Assembly (NCBI GenBank): GCA_951406725.2
Contig: OX597817.1
Span: 65,286,001-65,350,000 of the forward strand
DNA from: Octopus vulgaris
Taxonomy: Eukaryota
DNA length: 64,000 nt
Reading direction: 5' to 3'
Part shown: positions 12,633-25,597 of the stretch, one piece after another
Layout: each line of letters begins with the position of its first letter
Position numbering within the stretch: the stretch's first letter is position 1
The notes under the pieces: model-generated
What the model saw: the letters and a program-made list of their open reading frames with translations, nothing else
Told to the model about the DNA's origin: nothing
Databases searched by the model: none
Made by a program: the position numbers and the translations under genes

Positions 12633-14507
12633 TAGGATATACAGAGGTGTGGAAGATGTGGGCTTGTTGTGTTGAAGTGGGTGGCAACGGACTGGCACGT
12701 CATACGTAGTAGTGTGCTTCGAATGTGTTCACGCATGTAATGGACAATGTAAAGTGTAGAGTTTGTAGATGATGCAGTGTATAAGTTTGGGTGATTTGCA
12801 GTATTTATGCACACCATCGATACACACACTCAAAGAAATGGAAAGAAAAATGTTTCATGATCAAATACGGTATCATGAAACCGACGGTTTTAAATAAACG
12901 TCTTTCCTTCTACATTACATTTTCATCTCTTCCCACTACACTAATTGCATATTTACCCTTCATGTTCCTTCTTACTTTAATTTTCCCTCCCCCATTACTC
13001 AAATCAGCACCACTTTTGCTTTTCATTTCTTTTTTTTTTCTTGTTACTTAGTTGTCCATTCTTACTACCTTTTGTCTGAATATATAAGCTGACTGTGCAT
13101 TGCGTTCCCATCACTTGCAGCCAATCGCCCACACGTAGATGATGCAAAACTCTGTTACTTTTTCTCCTTTTTCCCCTGTCATCATGAAGACAGATCCGTG
13201 AAGAGGGATCTGTACAAAACGTTTTATATTCCATTCCCTAAGTCAATTTTAATGTAATGGTTTTGTGCCTTCCAAATAGTAATAATTTTAACAAGGAAGC
13301 GACCACCAGCTTCCTTACATTATGTTTATCATATGTGTGTGTGTGTGGGGGGATGGTGGTTGGATGTACCTGTGTGCGTGTTGTACGTGTGTATGTGCGT
13401 TGCTGTGTATGTGTGTGTGTGCATGTGCGTATGTGTATTATGTATTAACTATTTGTGTGTATTATGCATGACTCTCTCCAGACAATAAAATATGCTTCAA
13501 CACACGAATTCACATAAAGAATCTTGCAAACCAAATACAAAAACGATATATATATATATATCGCAATACAACATAAATGCACACAAGCAACACATACACG
13601 CATACGCACATATACGAAATTACAAATACATAATAACTTAAGTAATCATCATACACACACACAGACATGCGCACATTGTCCCGCATACGTACCTGCTTCA
13701 CATCAGCCTAACTGCAAGGGCGTGGTTGATATTGTGCAACTACTCTTCTCTGTTGCAGCTACCTCTTACTGTATTTCCCCCACCCCACGTTTATTAAGGA
13801 AAATATTTCTTACCTGTTGTGACAATAGCTCTAAATTTGTTTACGAAATTATTTGAAAATCACAGTCCTTTGATGACCTCTCCCCAGACGCGAAGCTAAT
13901 TTTACTTGTAAAACTGCATTTTAAGAAGGACAAGCTCCTACCATGCTCTCAAATCACAAAATTAAAATCACGATTATTTGAGATAACTAATACTCGCTGC
14001 TTTAGCGGTTGCAGTTGTTATGGATTTATAGTTAGTATCTTTAGGTGAGTTTGAAAGGAACTGCAACTGAAAAACCTTGCATGTACTAAGGTGTATGCTC
14101 CCCGTTAATTATTCAACTACCAATTCAAAATCTTTAAGTTTTAAAGACCTCAACTTAACTGCTGTGCTACTGGATGTGTTGTTTTTGATGTTTTGTCTGT
14201 TACAGTTGTTGCTAGATCCAGGTCACCTTGATCTGTGCTCAAATGTTTTCCAGCTGGGTTAGCCTGTCTTTTTCTTAAACACAGTGCACCCAAGGCCACA
14301 CTATCCAATTTGTTTTTCTAAGAGAGAAGGATGTAAATTGGAAGAGATTTAGTTTCTATATCTAAATAGTTGGAAGACTCACCTCTCGCTTTTCGCAATC
14401 AGAGGGAAATTCGGAGAGATGGATTTGTTATATGAATACAAAAATTGAAAACTGTTTAGTACAGGCAGGATCTGACCTGGGGCAGTGCAACAATATAAAC
14501 ACGCACA

Positions 14508-14590
<83 letters not shown>

Positions 14591-15539
14591 GCATAACCAC
14601 ACACACGAACTGGTACATACTCATAAGCCAATTTTCATACGTCTTGCTCCACGGTATATGCTTTCTTTAGTATTTTATTTTTTATTAAGAGCACAAAGCC
14701 TGAAAATCTGTAGAATCCATAAGACGTCAGATAGAATGCTTACAATATTCCCTGAAGTCTTTTATCCTTGTGGGACCAATAAAAATGTACCAGTCATATG
14801 GAGGAGAAGATTCTTCTCTCTCTGGATTGTATATGGGTTTCAAAATGTCTAAGTCTTGTCAAATTGTGACGACACTTGAACATTTTATTCGACCTAAGAT
14901 TTTTATTAAGTTTACACGCATACTCAGCCGCTTACAGAGTAAGTAGGAATTCAGTTGAACGTCGGGGAATCTAGCATCATATGGCTACTAGGAGTCATAT
15001 TTATTTACATTAGAGAAATGAAGTTCTGTAATACCTATGTTGTAGTTGCGTCAAGTTGGCTAAAACAAAATACTAGTCTAGAACGGTGGCGGTGGGCTAG
15101 GATCGAAGGTACCAACTCGTCATGCTTGACGTATCTAGGACTACGTTATACAGTGGAGTGTGACTTCAAGGAAATTTAAATGTTTCAAGCTGATCGAGCG
15201 ATCGTGTTAAGCAGAGGTGGAAGAACATTTCAGTATATGTTAATTCAAAGTACATAAGAACCTGCTGGGTACTGAGAAAAATAACGAATTTTTAATTTTT
15301 ATAAATTCATAGTTATGTAACTTAAACATAGATATGAGTTGGATATTAAAACGTTTTCCCCCATATCAGATTTTCTAAACTTATTTTAGCCGGCGGTTTC
15401 ATATTTCAAAGATAACGGCATGCAGACTCCGTGTCACTATATTCTCCAACAGAAACGTGTAGGTTTGCTATCTATGTTAATGCTTATGTAAAGGTGGTAA
15501 ACCACAGCAAAAGCTAACAAAACGAAAAACAACAAATGC

Positions 15540-15722
15540 CTGGCAATATATCTTCTGCTTCCTTGCGCTCTAGGTTCAAATCACGCCAAAGTCAACATTG
15601 GCTTTCATCTTACCAAGTTGGCTAAAACAAGGTACTAATCTAGAACGGTGGAGGTGGGGTGGGTCGATGGTATAAACTAACCCTGAATCGTCAGAACTGG
15701 TGGCCTTGTACCTAAATTAGAA
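15540..15722 (+). mobile_element. Old SINE family A copy
   Basis: ggttcaaatcacgccaaagtcaacattggctttcatc...tggccttgtacctaaattagaa. Confidence 0.6.
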
Positions 15723-16004
15723 GCTCATAATTAAGCTTACACTGGAACATTACGTTCAAAAGTTTGCTCTGATAGCTTAAGTAGAAAGCTTATTGCAAGG
15801 GTTATTTCGGATGTTATTGCTGGGTGCTTCCATCGTAACATCCCTGATTTTCTTGGATAGTTACAAATATCTAACAATGCGTGATTGGTTGATTATCTCC
15901 CAATTTACTAATTTCCATCATACAAATCTGATACACACACACACACACACACACAAATATACACACGCGTGCACGCACACACTCATGAACTCATATTGAT
16001 TTAT

Positions 16005-16390
16005 TTGTTCCAGTCGTTGGACTGTGGACATGCTGGAATACAGCCTTGAAGGGTTTAATCGAACAGATCGATCTCAGTATTTATTTTAAAGTATGGTATT
16101 TATTCTATCATTTTCTTTTGCCGAAGTGCTATTTTATGGGGACGTAAGCAAACGAACACCAGTTCTAAAGGAGTGGAGCGACAAACACAGATATATAAAC
16201 AAGAGAAACACCCCCACCCACACACACATATACACGATGGGTTTCCACACAGTTTCCGTGTCCATCAACTTCACTCACAATTCATTGGCTAGAGTAGAAA
16301 ACACTAGTCCAACGTGCTGCACCGTGGAACTGAATCTAAAATCACGTCGTTTCTTAGCAAATTTCTTAACTACACAAACATGACAGCTTC
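16005..16390 (-). mobile_element. SINE family B, decayed
   Basis: Reverse-complement homology to 34853-35255 (cagtcgttggactgtggacatgctgga, ttttgccgaa.tgcta....atgggacgtaa, cagtttccgt). Confidence 0.75.
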
Positions 16391-16394
16391 GTCA

Positions 16395-16463
<69 letters not shown>

Positions 16464-18372
16464 GTCTGCCTGTCTGTCTGTCTGTCTATATATATATTTA
16501 TCTTTTTTATTTGATACATGTGTGTGTATGCGTGCGCTTGTGTGCGCGTGTGTCTTTTGTTTATTACCATTCCTTTACTTTTTCGTGGCTAAATATGTTT
16601 CTACCCTAATAATTATGATAAATATGATATATTACCACTGAGTTTATTGATAAGCTTTTAATGGTTTTAGGCTTAATGCTTTTGTCTTTCGTTAAGAATT
16701 CTAGTGTTGTGTATGACAGCAGCTATTTCTGGAAATAAATAATTCCATGGAAACTGTTGATTGATAATTAATGGAAGCAAAAAAAAAAAAAAAAAAAAAA
16801 GAACAAAATAGGTGATTGCCATGATTATGTGTATAAATATGCAGAAGTACACTCATATTATAAGTATATACATAAATACATATATATATATGTATATATG
16901 TTACATAAGTATATATGTGTATATATAAGTATATATAAATATATATATGTATATATATATGCACGCACGCACACATATATATATACACATATATGCTAGT
17001 GGATGTGCCCGGTCTTACTTGGGCATAAACGTAATCGCAAGAATTCAATATATAAATTGGATAAATTGCTTAAAAAAATTGATGCTGACAATCTTCATTT
17101 GGTAGCAGAATATTTATTCTTTGAGAATTATTTCTATTTAAACAATTCAGATGTTCCAAGATGCGCTTCATTAAAAAGAACAAGAAATAAATAAATAAAT
17201 CGATAAATAAATTAATAAAACGAAAACCAGCAAACAAGCATAGAATTTAAATTTGCATTTTTCCTCCGAAATATTGTAGTAGTTTACATAATTACTCTAA
17301 ATGAATTATTTTTCTAATCAGTAATATTTTCCAATGTCTGGCTTTGCTTGGTTTATACAATATTTTTTTTTTATTCTTTTGCTTTTCCTGCCAGAAACTA
17401 AAATGAACAAGTTTTTACTGTTGCCAAATTTGGATAAACAAATGCATAACTGATCATGGGATAAACAATACAATAAATTAACTCTTGCGATTTTGATTGT
17501 TATCTGATTATTATTTTATCATTCGTGTTTCTTTATTATTTTTCTCTTGCCCTTGCCTCTTGTTGGTGATCTTTAACGAATGATAAAAGAGGTATTGAAA
17601 CTGAAGTCGTCCAAAGTTGGAGGATTGAATTGTAGGGATCAAAGGACCCTAGGCTTCTATGCAAAAATCCACACGCGCATACGCAATCCATACGCATATA
17701 CGTATATATGTATGTGACTGCGTGTGTAGCTTTGTATGTATATATGACAACGTATACATAACTATATACATGTATGTATGTATGTATACTTTTACTGGGT
17801 TTCATTCATTGTATTGCAGCAAGTAAGGACATCGTCTTCTCAGACTGAGTCAACCGTGTTGATCCCAGTACTTATTTCACTATCGTATTTAGTTTATCAA
17901 TCGCTGATTATCAAGCTGTGAAGGTATAAGTTAGAAAGTAACACTAAAATAAACTACTATACTTTTCAGCTGTAAACACACACACACGTACATACACACA
18001 CACACTCTCGCACACACACACACACACGCATGCACACACACATACACACACACACTCACACGTGCCAACACGTACGTGCGCGCGCACAGATTAGTGGACC
18101 AAAAACTGACCCACTTCGCCTCATTTTCACCAAAGATGGCTTCTCTCGCGTTTGCAGCCACGTTGTTTGCAAAGCGAGCTTCTTAAACACACAGCAGCCA
18201 TGTTAAGTTTTGAATGAGCTAGAATAGAGAACTTGACTTGCAGTAGCCTTGACCTTCGAAGGCCATGCGAGCTTGGGAAAATTGACACGGCTGAGGTTCA
18301 GCCTTGAACATAAACTGTTGGTGTCTATGAAAGTAAAACGTGGACGGATTCCTTTGCCCTGGAGGAAGTATG

Positions 18373-18820
18373 GGATCTTATCGGTTTGAAAGGCAGTTTT
18401 TAAAAATAATTTCCACGTAACTAAACACTTTTAAACTTCGTATACTGGTAGAATGCGTTTATAAAACATCTTTTTCTCTTGGCTTTATTGAGAAAATTCT
18501 ATAGTTTGTAAGATATTTGTTGTTTTTTTTCTTTAATTTCAGCAATTTCAACAAATCAATGACGTCTATTGAGGTGAAAACATTCTGTGCCGTATGAATA
18601 TGTCCCTCTTTTAAGAAATAGATTGGGTTTATTTACATTTCTGAAGAAAAAAAGATACCCTTCCCCTACCCCTAGCCCTAACCCTAATCCTAACTAACTC
18701 TAACTAACTCTAACCCTAAAACAGATTGAAATGCAATAGATCGATACTAGGGTCATAATTATGGGTGACAATTTCATATGACATCGCTGGAAAAAACTGC
18801 CGTTCAAACCGAAAAGATCC
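18373..18820. mobile_element. Non-autonomous DNA transposon (MITE), ~29-bp TIRs, ~8-bp TSD, Merlin-like GG termini
   Basis: Left ggatcttatcggtttgaaaggcagttttt, right aaaaactgccgttcaaaccgaaaagatcc; flanks gaagtatg / gaagtatt. Confidence 0.85.
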
Positions 18821-19324
18821 GAAGTATTTTATACGCGTGGGAAAATAGATTACATGCCACGGGTTTACGGCGTCAGACATTACCAAGTGCTATAAGAACA
18901 ACAATACCATGATCGTGATCATGATCATGATGATGATCATCAACAACAACAACAACAGCAGCATCACCAGTAGTAGCAACAACAACAGTAAGAACAGACA
19001 TACAGAAATAGACTGTGTAGTGGAGAGAGCGAGAGAACGGTTCGTGCTGAGGGTATCATACTAAAGCTGATTATATTGATTAATCATCGCTGTCGGAGAG
19101 CAGAGTAAGGCAGTTATCGAGGCAGAGTAATGGTATAACGGGAACAATAAAATGTATGGGTCATTTAGGTGAGAGCCGGTCTGGAGTTACACAATAACAT
19201 CAACATGAGAAGGCAGAGAGAAATTCTAGTGTTTGATATTCGCAGGCACAAGTAATTTAAGTTACTATTATTAACAGTAAACGGCAAGCACTGCAGTGTA
19301 AGGAGAAGCTCACTGTGAGTCACG

Positions 19325-19368
<44 letters not shown>

Positions 19369-19684
19369 CACACGCATGTACACACACACATAAACACACG
19401 CGCGCGCGCGCACACACACACACACAAACCAACAGACCCAAGCTGTACCACCCCCACCACCGACGGCACACCCATATATCTATTTTTACGTTTGGTATGG
19501 CGTGTGTATGGGTGTGTGTGTGTAGGTATATGCCAATATATATATTATATACATTTATACATACATATATATATAAGTGTGTATGCATATACATGCATAC
19601 ATGCATACACACACACAAACAAAGTATGCATGTATTTATGTATCTATGTATGTATAATTTAAAATTATACCTGTACTATTTCTT

Positions 19685-19870
19685 TATTGCCCACAAGAGG
19701 CTAGACATAGAGAGGACTAACAAGAACAGACAAAGGGATTAAATCGATTACATCGACCCCAGTGCGTAACTGGTACTTTATTTATCGACCCCGAAAGGAT
19801 GAAAGGCAAAGTCGATCTCGGCGGAATATGAACTCAGAACGTAGCGGCAGCTAAGCATTCGCTCGGCACA
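19685..19870 (-). mobile_element. SINE family A (ttgtctgtccttgtttgtcc tail subfamily)
   Basis: Same tail as 35783-36005 and 56382-56617. Confidence 0.85.
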
Positions 19871-20442
19871 CCGAAATTTTGATGAATTGAACTCCAATAA
19901 AAGTATGTGACGCGAAGTGAGTTCGTTATGTGTTAGTTATGGGGGCATGTATGTATGTATGTATGTATGTATGTATGTATGTATGTATGTATGTATGTAT
20001 GTATGTATGTATGTATGTATGTATGTATGTATGTATGTGTGTGTGTGTGTATACTCACATATATACTTCATTTAACATGGAACCTTTATTCAGTAGAAAT
20101 GACTCCTGAAACTAAACTTAGATTGCACATGGCCGACACACGCATGCGCACAAGAATTGTACCGATGTTTAACTGTAAACCAGAGTTAAACATTAGTGCA
20201 ATTTTCGCGCTCTCTCCATTTCTCTCTCTTTTACTGACTATCATTCTCTGCTTCAATATCTTCCAGTATCTAGCCTTTCTATTTGTGTTACATACGAACA
20301 GAGCCCATCTTTCAATAGACACTGTCTAACTTCTGCCTCCTTCCATCTTTCTTCACATTAGCGAAATCCACCTATTAATAGCTTTCAATTGAATATTAGG
20401 TTGCCTTTGCGCGAGAGCAACAAGAGCTGCTTATAGAATGAA

Positions 20443-20520
20443 AGATGTTGATGATGATGATGGTGGTGATGACGATGATGATGATGATGGTGGTGATGAT
20501 GATGATGATGATGATGATGT

Positions 20521-20606
<86 letters not shown>

Positions 20607-20628
20607 GTGGTGATGATGATGGTGATGG

Positions 20629-20686
<58 letters not shown>

Positions 20687-20745
20687 AATGATGATGATGA
20701 TGATGAAGTGACGATGACGACGACGGCGACAACAATGATGATGAA
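20443..20745. repeat. (GAT)n/(GGT)n microsatellite
   Basis: Long trinucleotide run producing the spurious poly-D/H/M ORFs. Confidence 0.97.
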
Positions 20746-20894
20746 ATAAGAGAAATCAAAAGTTGTAAGATTTGACGGGTTTCGGTAGTTTAATATCTTG
20801 AAACAAATCTATAAAGCAAATTCATCAACATTGAAATGTCAGTGTTTGTTTGTATACATATGTGTATGTATATGATGCATACATACATACAAGC

Positions 20895-20977
<83 letters not shown>

Positions 20978-21040
20978 GAGCGAGAGCAATCTAAAAATTT
21001 ACGTATTATGTATCACTTTCATTGTGTCGCAAGCGTACAA

Positions 21041-21097
<57 letters not shown>

Positions 21098-21958
21098 TGT
21101 ACGTATATATAAATATGTATGTATGCGAGTGTATGTATTCATATACACACACACACACACAGACGTGCGTGCTCACATATATTGTAAGCCACACAAATAG
21201 AAAAATACAAAAACATTGGATGGATATAAACATTGTCAAACTGTCATGTTTGATGGTATCTTTAGCTACTTACTAGCATAAAGAAATAATTGAAGTGTAT
21301 GTATGCGTGCATATGTGTGTTTGTGTATGTGTGTGTGCGTGTGTGTTTGTGTGCGTATGTGTATGACGTGTTAATGACTATATATATATATATATGCTGT
21401 ATATACGCGTACAAACAACGGAATATGTGTGTGTCTGTGTGCGATGTAATAGAGATATTAGCCTATACTATATATGTACAGATGAAGCTATGTAATTGAT
21501 TTATTAAAATATATCTATATGAGGAAGAGAAAAAAGGGCGGTGTTAGTGTTATGGTGATATATATCAAGGCATATATACATTTCTTTGCAAGGTAATCGC
21601 AATAATGGGGCCAGGGTGCATGACCTTTGCCGTCCCTCGAGATTGTTAAGATCGATACGGCTGCTTTTCAAGTGGAACAGTTGAAGGGCAATGTTTGTAG
21701 GTGTATGAATGAACGTAGAATGAGGAAAATCCGGAGGTTTGTAGTTATATGGAGAAAGAAATGAGTGAGGTATTTTGTATCGGGCTTCGTCAGTTGAAGA
21801 GAAAATAAATAGCCGGCTAGGAGATCGGAGACATCTGGGTGGAGATATTACATCCTGTGTCAAAAGAGCAATGATGTAGCAATAGAAAATGTAGAGAGAG
21901 GAAACGTCGCGTACGTGGGCTAAATGTTTTGGTGCATTTACACGCATCTTTATGATAG

Positions 21959-22150
21959 TCGCCATGATAGATCGGTAGCCACTACACACATTTTTTTCTC
22001 TCCTTGTTTCTTTCTGTGTTCCTTTCTGTGGAAGAGCGTAGGCTCGAAACGTAAAAGACTTTTCCAATTCCCGAGCGTTATACTAATACATCTGTTTGTT
22101 TTCTACACCACCTGTCTTCGTCTTCTGTTTTTTTTTCGTGAATTCTCATC
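21959..22150 (+). mobile_element. Short hammerhead-bearing repeat, copy 2
   Basis: tcgccatgatagatcggtagccacta...cctttctgtggaagagcgtaggctcgaaacgtaaaagact...cacctgtcttcg. Confidence 0.7.
22022..22057 (+). ncRNA. Minimal type-I hammerhead ribozyme-like motif
   Basis: CTTT|CTGTGGA|A|GAGC-GTAG-GCTC|GAAAC|GTA|AAAG. Confidence 0.6.
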
Positions 22151-22930
22151 TTTATATTCTAGATGTGGTATAAGATATTTGTATGTGACGTAGCAGCATT
22201 GTCTCATAGGTATCAGTATAATTCCAATGTTAATTCTGCTTGAGATTTATAAAATAATGTAATGTGATGAGGTATTATATTGCCACATATGAAAACCTGA
22301 AAGCCAAGCTTTCACATGGTGTTCGCCTTTCCAGAAGTGACTGGCCATCCTCTGTTTTGGTAGATGATACTTAAGACAGAAAGGCACTAGAGCTCATCTT
22401 ATAAGAGGTGTTAGATAAACACTTATCGGTATTCTTAGTGGCTTCATTAAATTGCGTGCTCCAAAGTGTAATCGAAAAGAGATCACTGGAAGATCAATTC
22501 TTTTCTACGGTGCTCACATTTAGCAGGGAATATAAGCAATTATTTCATTGCTCGTGATGAAAATTATCCATCGATGGGTATAAATCATATAAATCTAGCC
22601 AGGAGAATCGAAACCCGTCATCATATCACACGCCCAGATCTCGTTGATTAGTTCTAGGTCAGGTCTGACCGAGCTGCCCTATGGTCAGGGGCACTACAGT
22701 GAGACCAAACTTCATTTTGAAACCTAGATTATATTTCTAAATGCAATATATATTACACTGAAAAGAAAAAAAAATAGCAAAAGCAAACAAACAAAACCCT
22801 CAAATCTTTCAGTAGATATAAGTAACTTTGTGGTGATTTGCACTAGACCAAGAACTTTACATTTTTTTCCAAAAGATTTATCTATGTAGCAAGAAATTTA
22901 TCAGTGTCTTCCGGTATTCGTATCTATGTA

Positions 22931-22984
<54 letters not shown>

Positions 22985-23257
22985 CCTATATATATATATG
23001 TATGTGTGTTAGAAATATACATATACTATACACTCACACACACACATACTATATATATATGCATATATTCACTTCTGTAATACATATGGTACGATGAAAA
23101 TAGAAGCCGCACAAAACGGCTTTCTGTGTGTCATTACAGAGTGAAAAGAGTGCGTATATATGTCGTATTCCATTGCGTGTATTTGCTTCTAATCACTGAA
23201 CTAATTTTAAAGGATATATTATATCATGATAATATGTAAATAGAAATAACATGTGTG

Positions 23258-23303
<46 letters not shown>

Positions 23304-23799
23304 GTATGTATCTTTTAAACCACCAGAGGCGATAAATTACGGAACTCAATACAAATGTAGAGTATTCATTATAACTGAAAGGCTACGATTGCCAGTACCC
23401 TGGATTTCTCGCTTCTAACGATCAGTTTGCAAACCGAGCCTGTTTCTTTTTCCCTTTTTATGAATACTCACTGCCTGAATATTTTTTTTTGAAACCTTCG
23501 AAATAATACAAAGTATTTAAAACATTGAGCTGTTTCCCTTGGTGAACAAGTGAAACAGTATCTGCATTATGCACAGGTCACAGCAACTGAAAAAGAAAAT
23601 ATAAATAAACAAAAGACAAAACCACCAGTAGTGTACCTTAACAGAAAACTTATTCAAAGGTCGGAATATAGTGTAACAGATGGTACACACACACACACAC
23701 ATTTATAGTTTCTGTATGCGTGTGGATGTTACAGTATAAGCACATGAAAATCGTGGATGTACATATATTACACAGACTCATATAAATGTATGTATGCAG

Positions 23800-23994
<195 letters not shown>

Positions 23995-23997
<3 letters not shown>

Positions 23998-24200
23998 ACC
24001 CCGCTTCGGTCACGAATGACAATGGGATTGCACCTAGAAAGTTACCCTCCGACGCACAATTTCTGGCAAGGTTGTGTATGGAAGACCAGCAATCGCCCAT
24101 GCATACCAGCCTCCCCTCTCCGCGCCACCGATATTATCCAAGGGAAAGGCAAAATCCGATACAGCTTGGCACCAGTGACGTCGCAACTCATTTCTACAGA
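23995..24200 (-). mobile_element. SINE family C 3' half
   Basis: Reverse complement of 50585-50790 (gggattgcacctagaaagttaccctcc...gatacagcttggcaccagtgacg). Confidence 0.88.
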
Positions 24201-24750
24201 TGTCCCTCTCTCCTCCTCACTCTTCCTCCTTTACTCTCTCGTTGTTCACACGTGACCATCGGCCATCTTTCTTTTTTTCCTAACTTGAGTTTCATTCTTT
24301 CCTTTCGATCAGCTACAGAGATAAGACGCATTCTTGTCTGTCTCCTGTCAAATCTTGTTCCTCCAGCGCTCGCCACCTCACCTCGTTATGGCTTAGCAGC
24401 CTTTACTGTTTGTTTCCACTGACATAGTTTTGTTTCCAACTTGACCCTCCGCAAATCCTAATTTTTATTTAATTTGTTTTTCGGGAGCAGCTGTTTTGAC
24501 GAAGGCACACCTCATCGTAATTGCTCGAAATGCGGAGTAGATAAAACAGCCGACAAATGATGAAGGGTCGTTTTTATGTTACTTGTCTTATTTTCCATTT
24601 GTTTCTTTCGTTGCTTGACAAAAAAAAAGTTCGTATTCCATGTTTCCGTATTTCGTATTTCATGTTGTTTACGTTCTATGACGTCCTGCAACCATATATA
24701 CATATGTATATACATATATATGCAAGTATGTACATATATATACGTATATA

Positions 24751-24780
<30 letters not shown>

Positions 24781-24788
<8 letters not shown>

Positions 24789-24869
24789 CTCGTCTCCATT
24801 TTGGATGAGGATACCAACGTTTCCCATGTGGTACTCTTCTACACACACACGCACACATACGCACCCGTA

Positions 24870-24910
<41 letters not shown>

Positions 24911-25068
24911 TATATATATTATTTATAATATATATTATATATATATATATATATATAAATATATATATATATATGTATGTATATACTCGTCTCCATTTTG
25001 GATGAGGATACCAACGTTTCCCATGTGGTACTCGTTCTACACACACACACACACACACGCACCCGTTG

Positions 25069-25115
<47 letters not shown>
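24781..25115 (+). repeat. Tandem duplication, ~198-bp period
   Basis: gtatatactcgtctccattttggatgaggataccaacgtttcccatgtggtactc occurs at ~24782 and ~24979, each followed by (CA)n, gcacccgt and (TA)n. Confidence 0.9.
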
Positions 25116-25309
25116 TTATATAGCTACGTATAAATATCTACATTAGAAATATATATTAACATTAAGGTTTTAATTATATATAGAATCGAAAAACATTGAA
25201 TAAAGAATAATATATGTGAAGTAGAGTGAAACATTTATTTCATTATAAATATTGACAATCTCTTCGACGTTTCGTCAAGACTTTTCAAATTCTCTTTCTC
25301 TCTCTCCCT

Positions 25310-25381
<72 letters not shown>

Positions 25382-25563
25382 GTTTATCTGCCTGTCTACA
25401 TACCGACACTCACGCATATGTATATGAAATTTTGATTAAATGCTTATTAGATATGGGTCATTAGAGCGGAACAACCGGAAGTGTGCAAATAGATGATGGA
25501 AGCTATTGCTGGCAAATTATAACCATCGACTGTTAAATAATTGCAGCGTTTTATTTGTGTGTG

Positions 25564-25597
<34 letters not shown>

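Noticed and set aside
18095-18365. Possible host exon or enhancer (complex, GC-richer stretch)
   Set aside because: No convincing splice-bounded reading frame or recognisable domain; the motif hits are too short to support a call.
20385-20759. Poly-His / poly-Asp / poly-Met ORFs
   Set aside because: They come from a (GAT)n microsatellite read in several frames.
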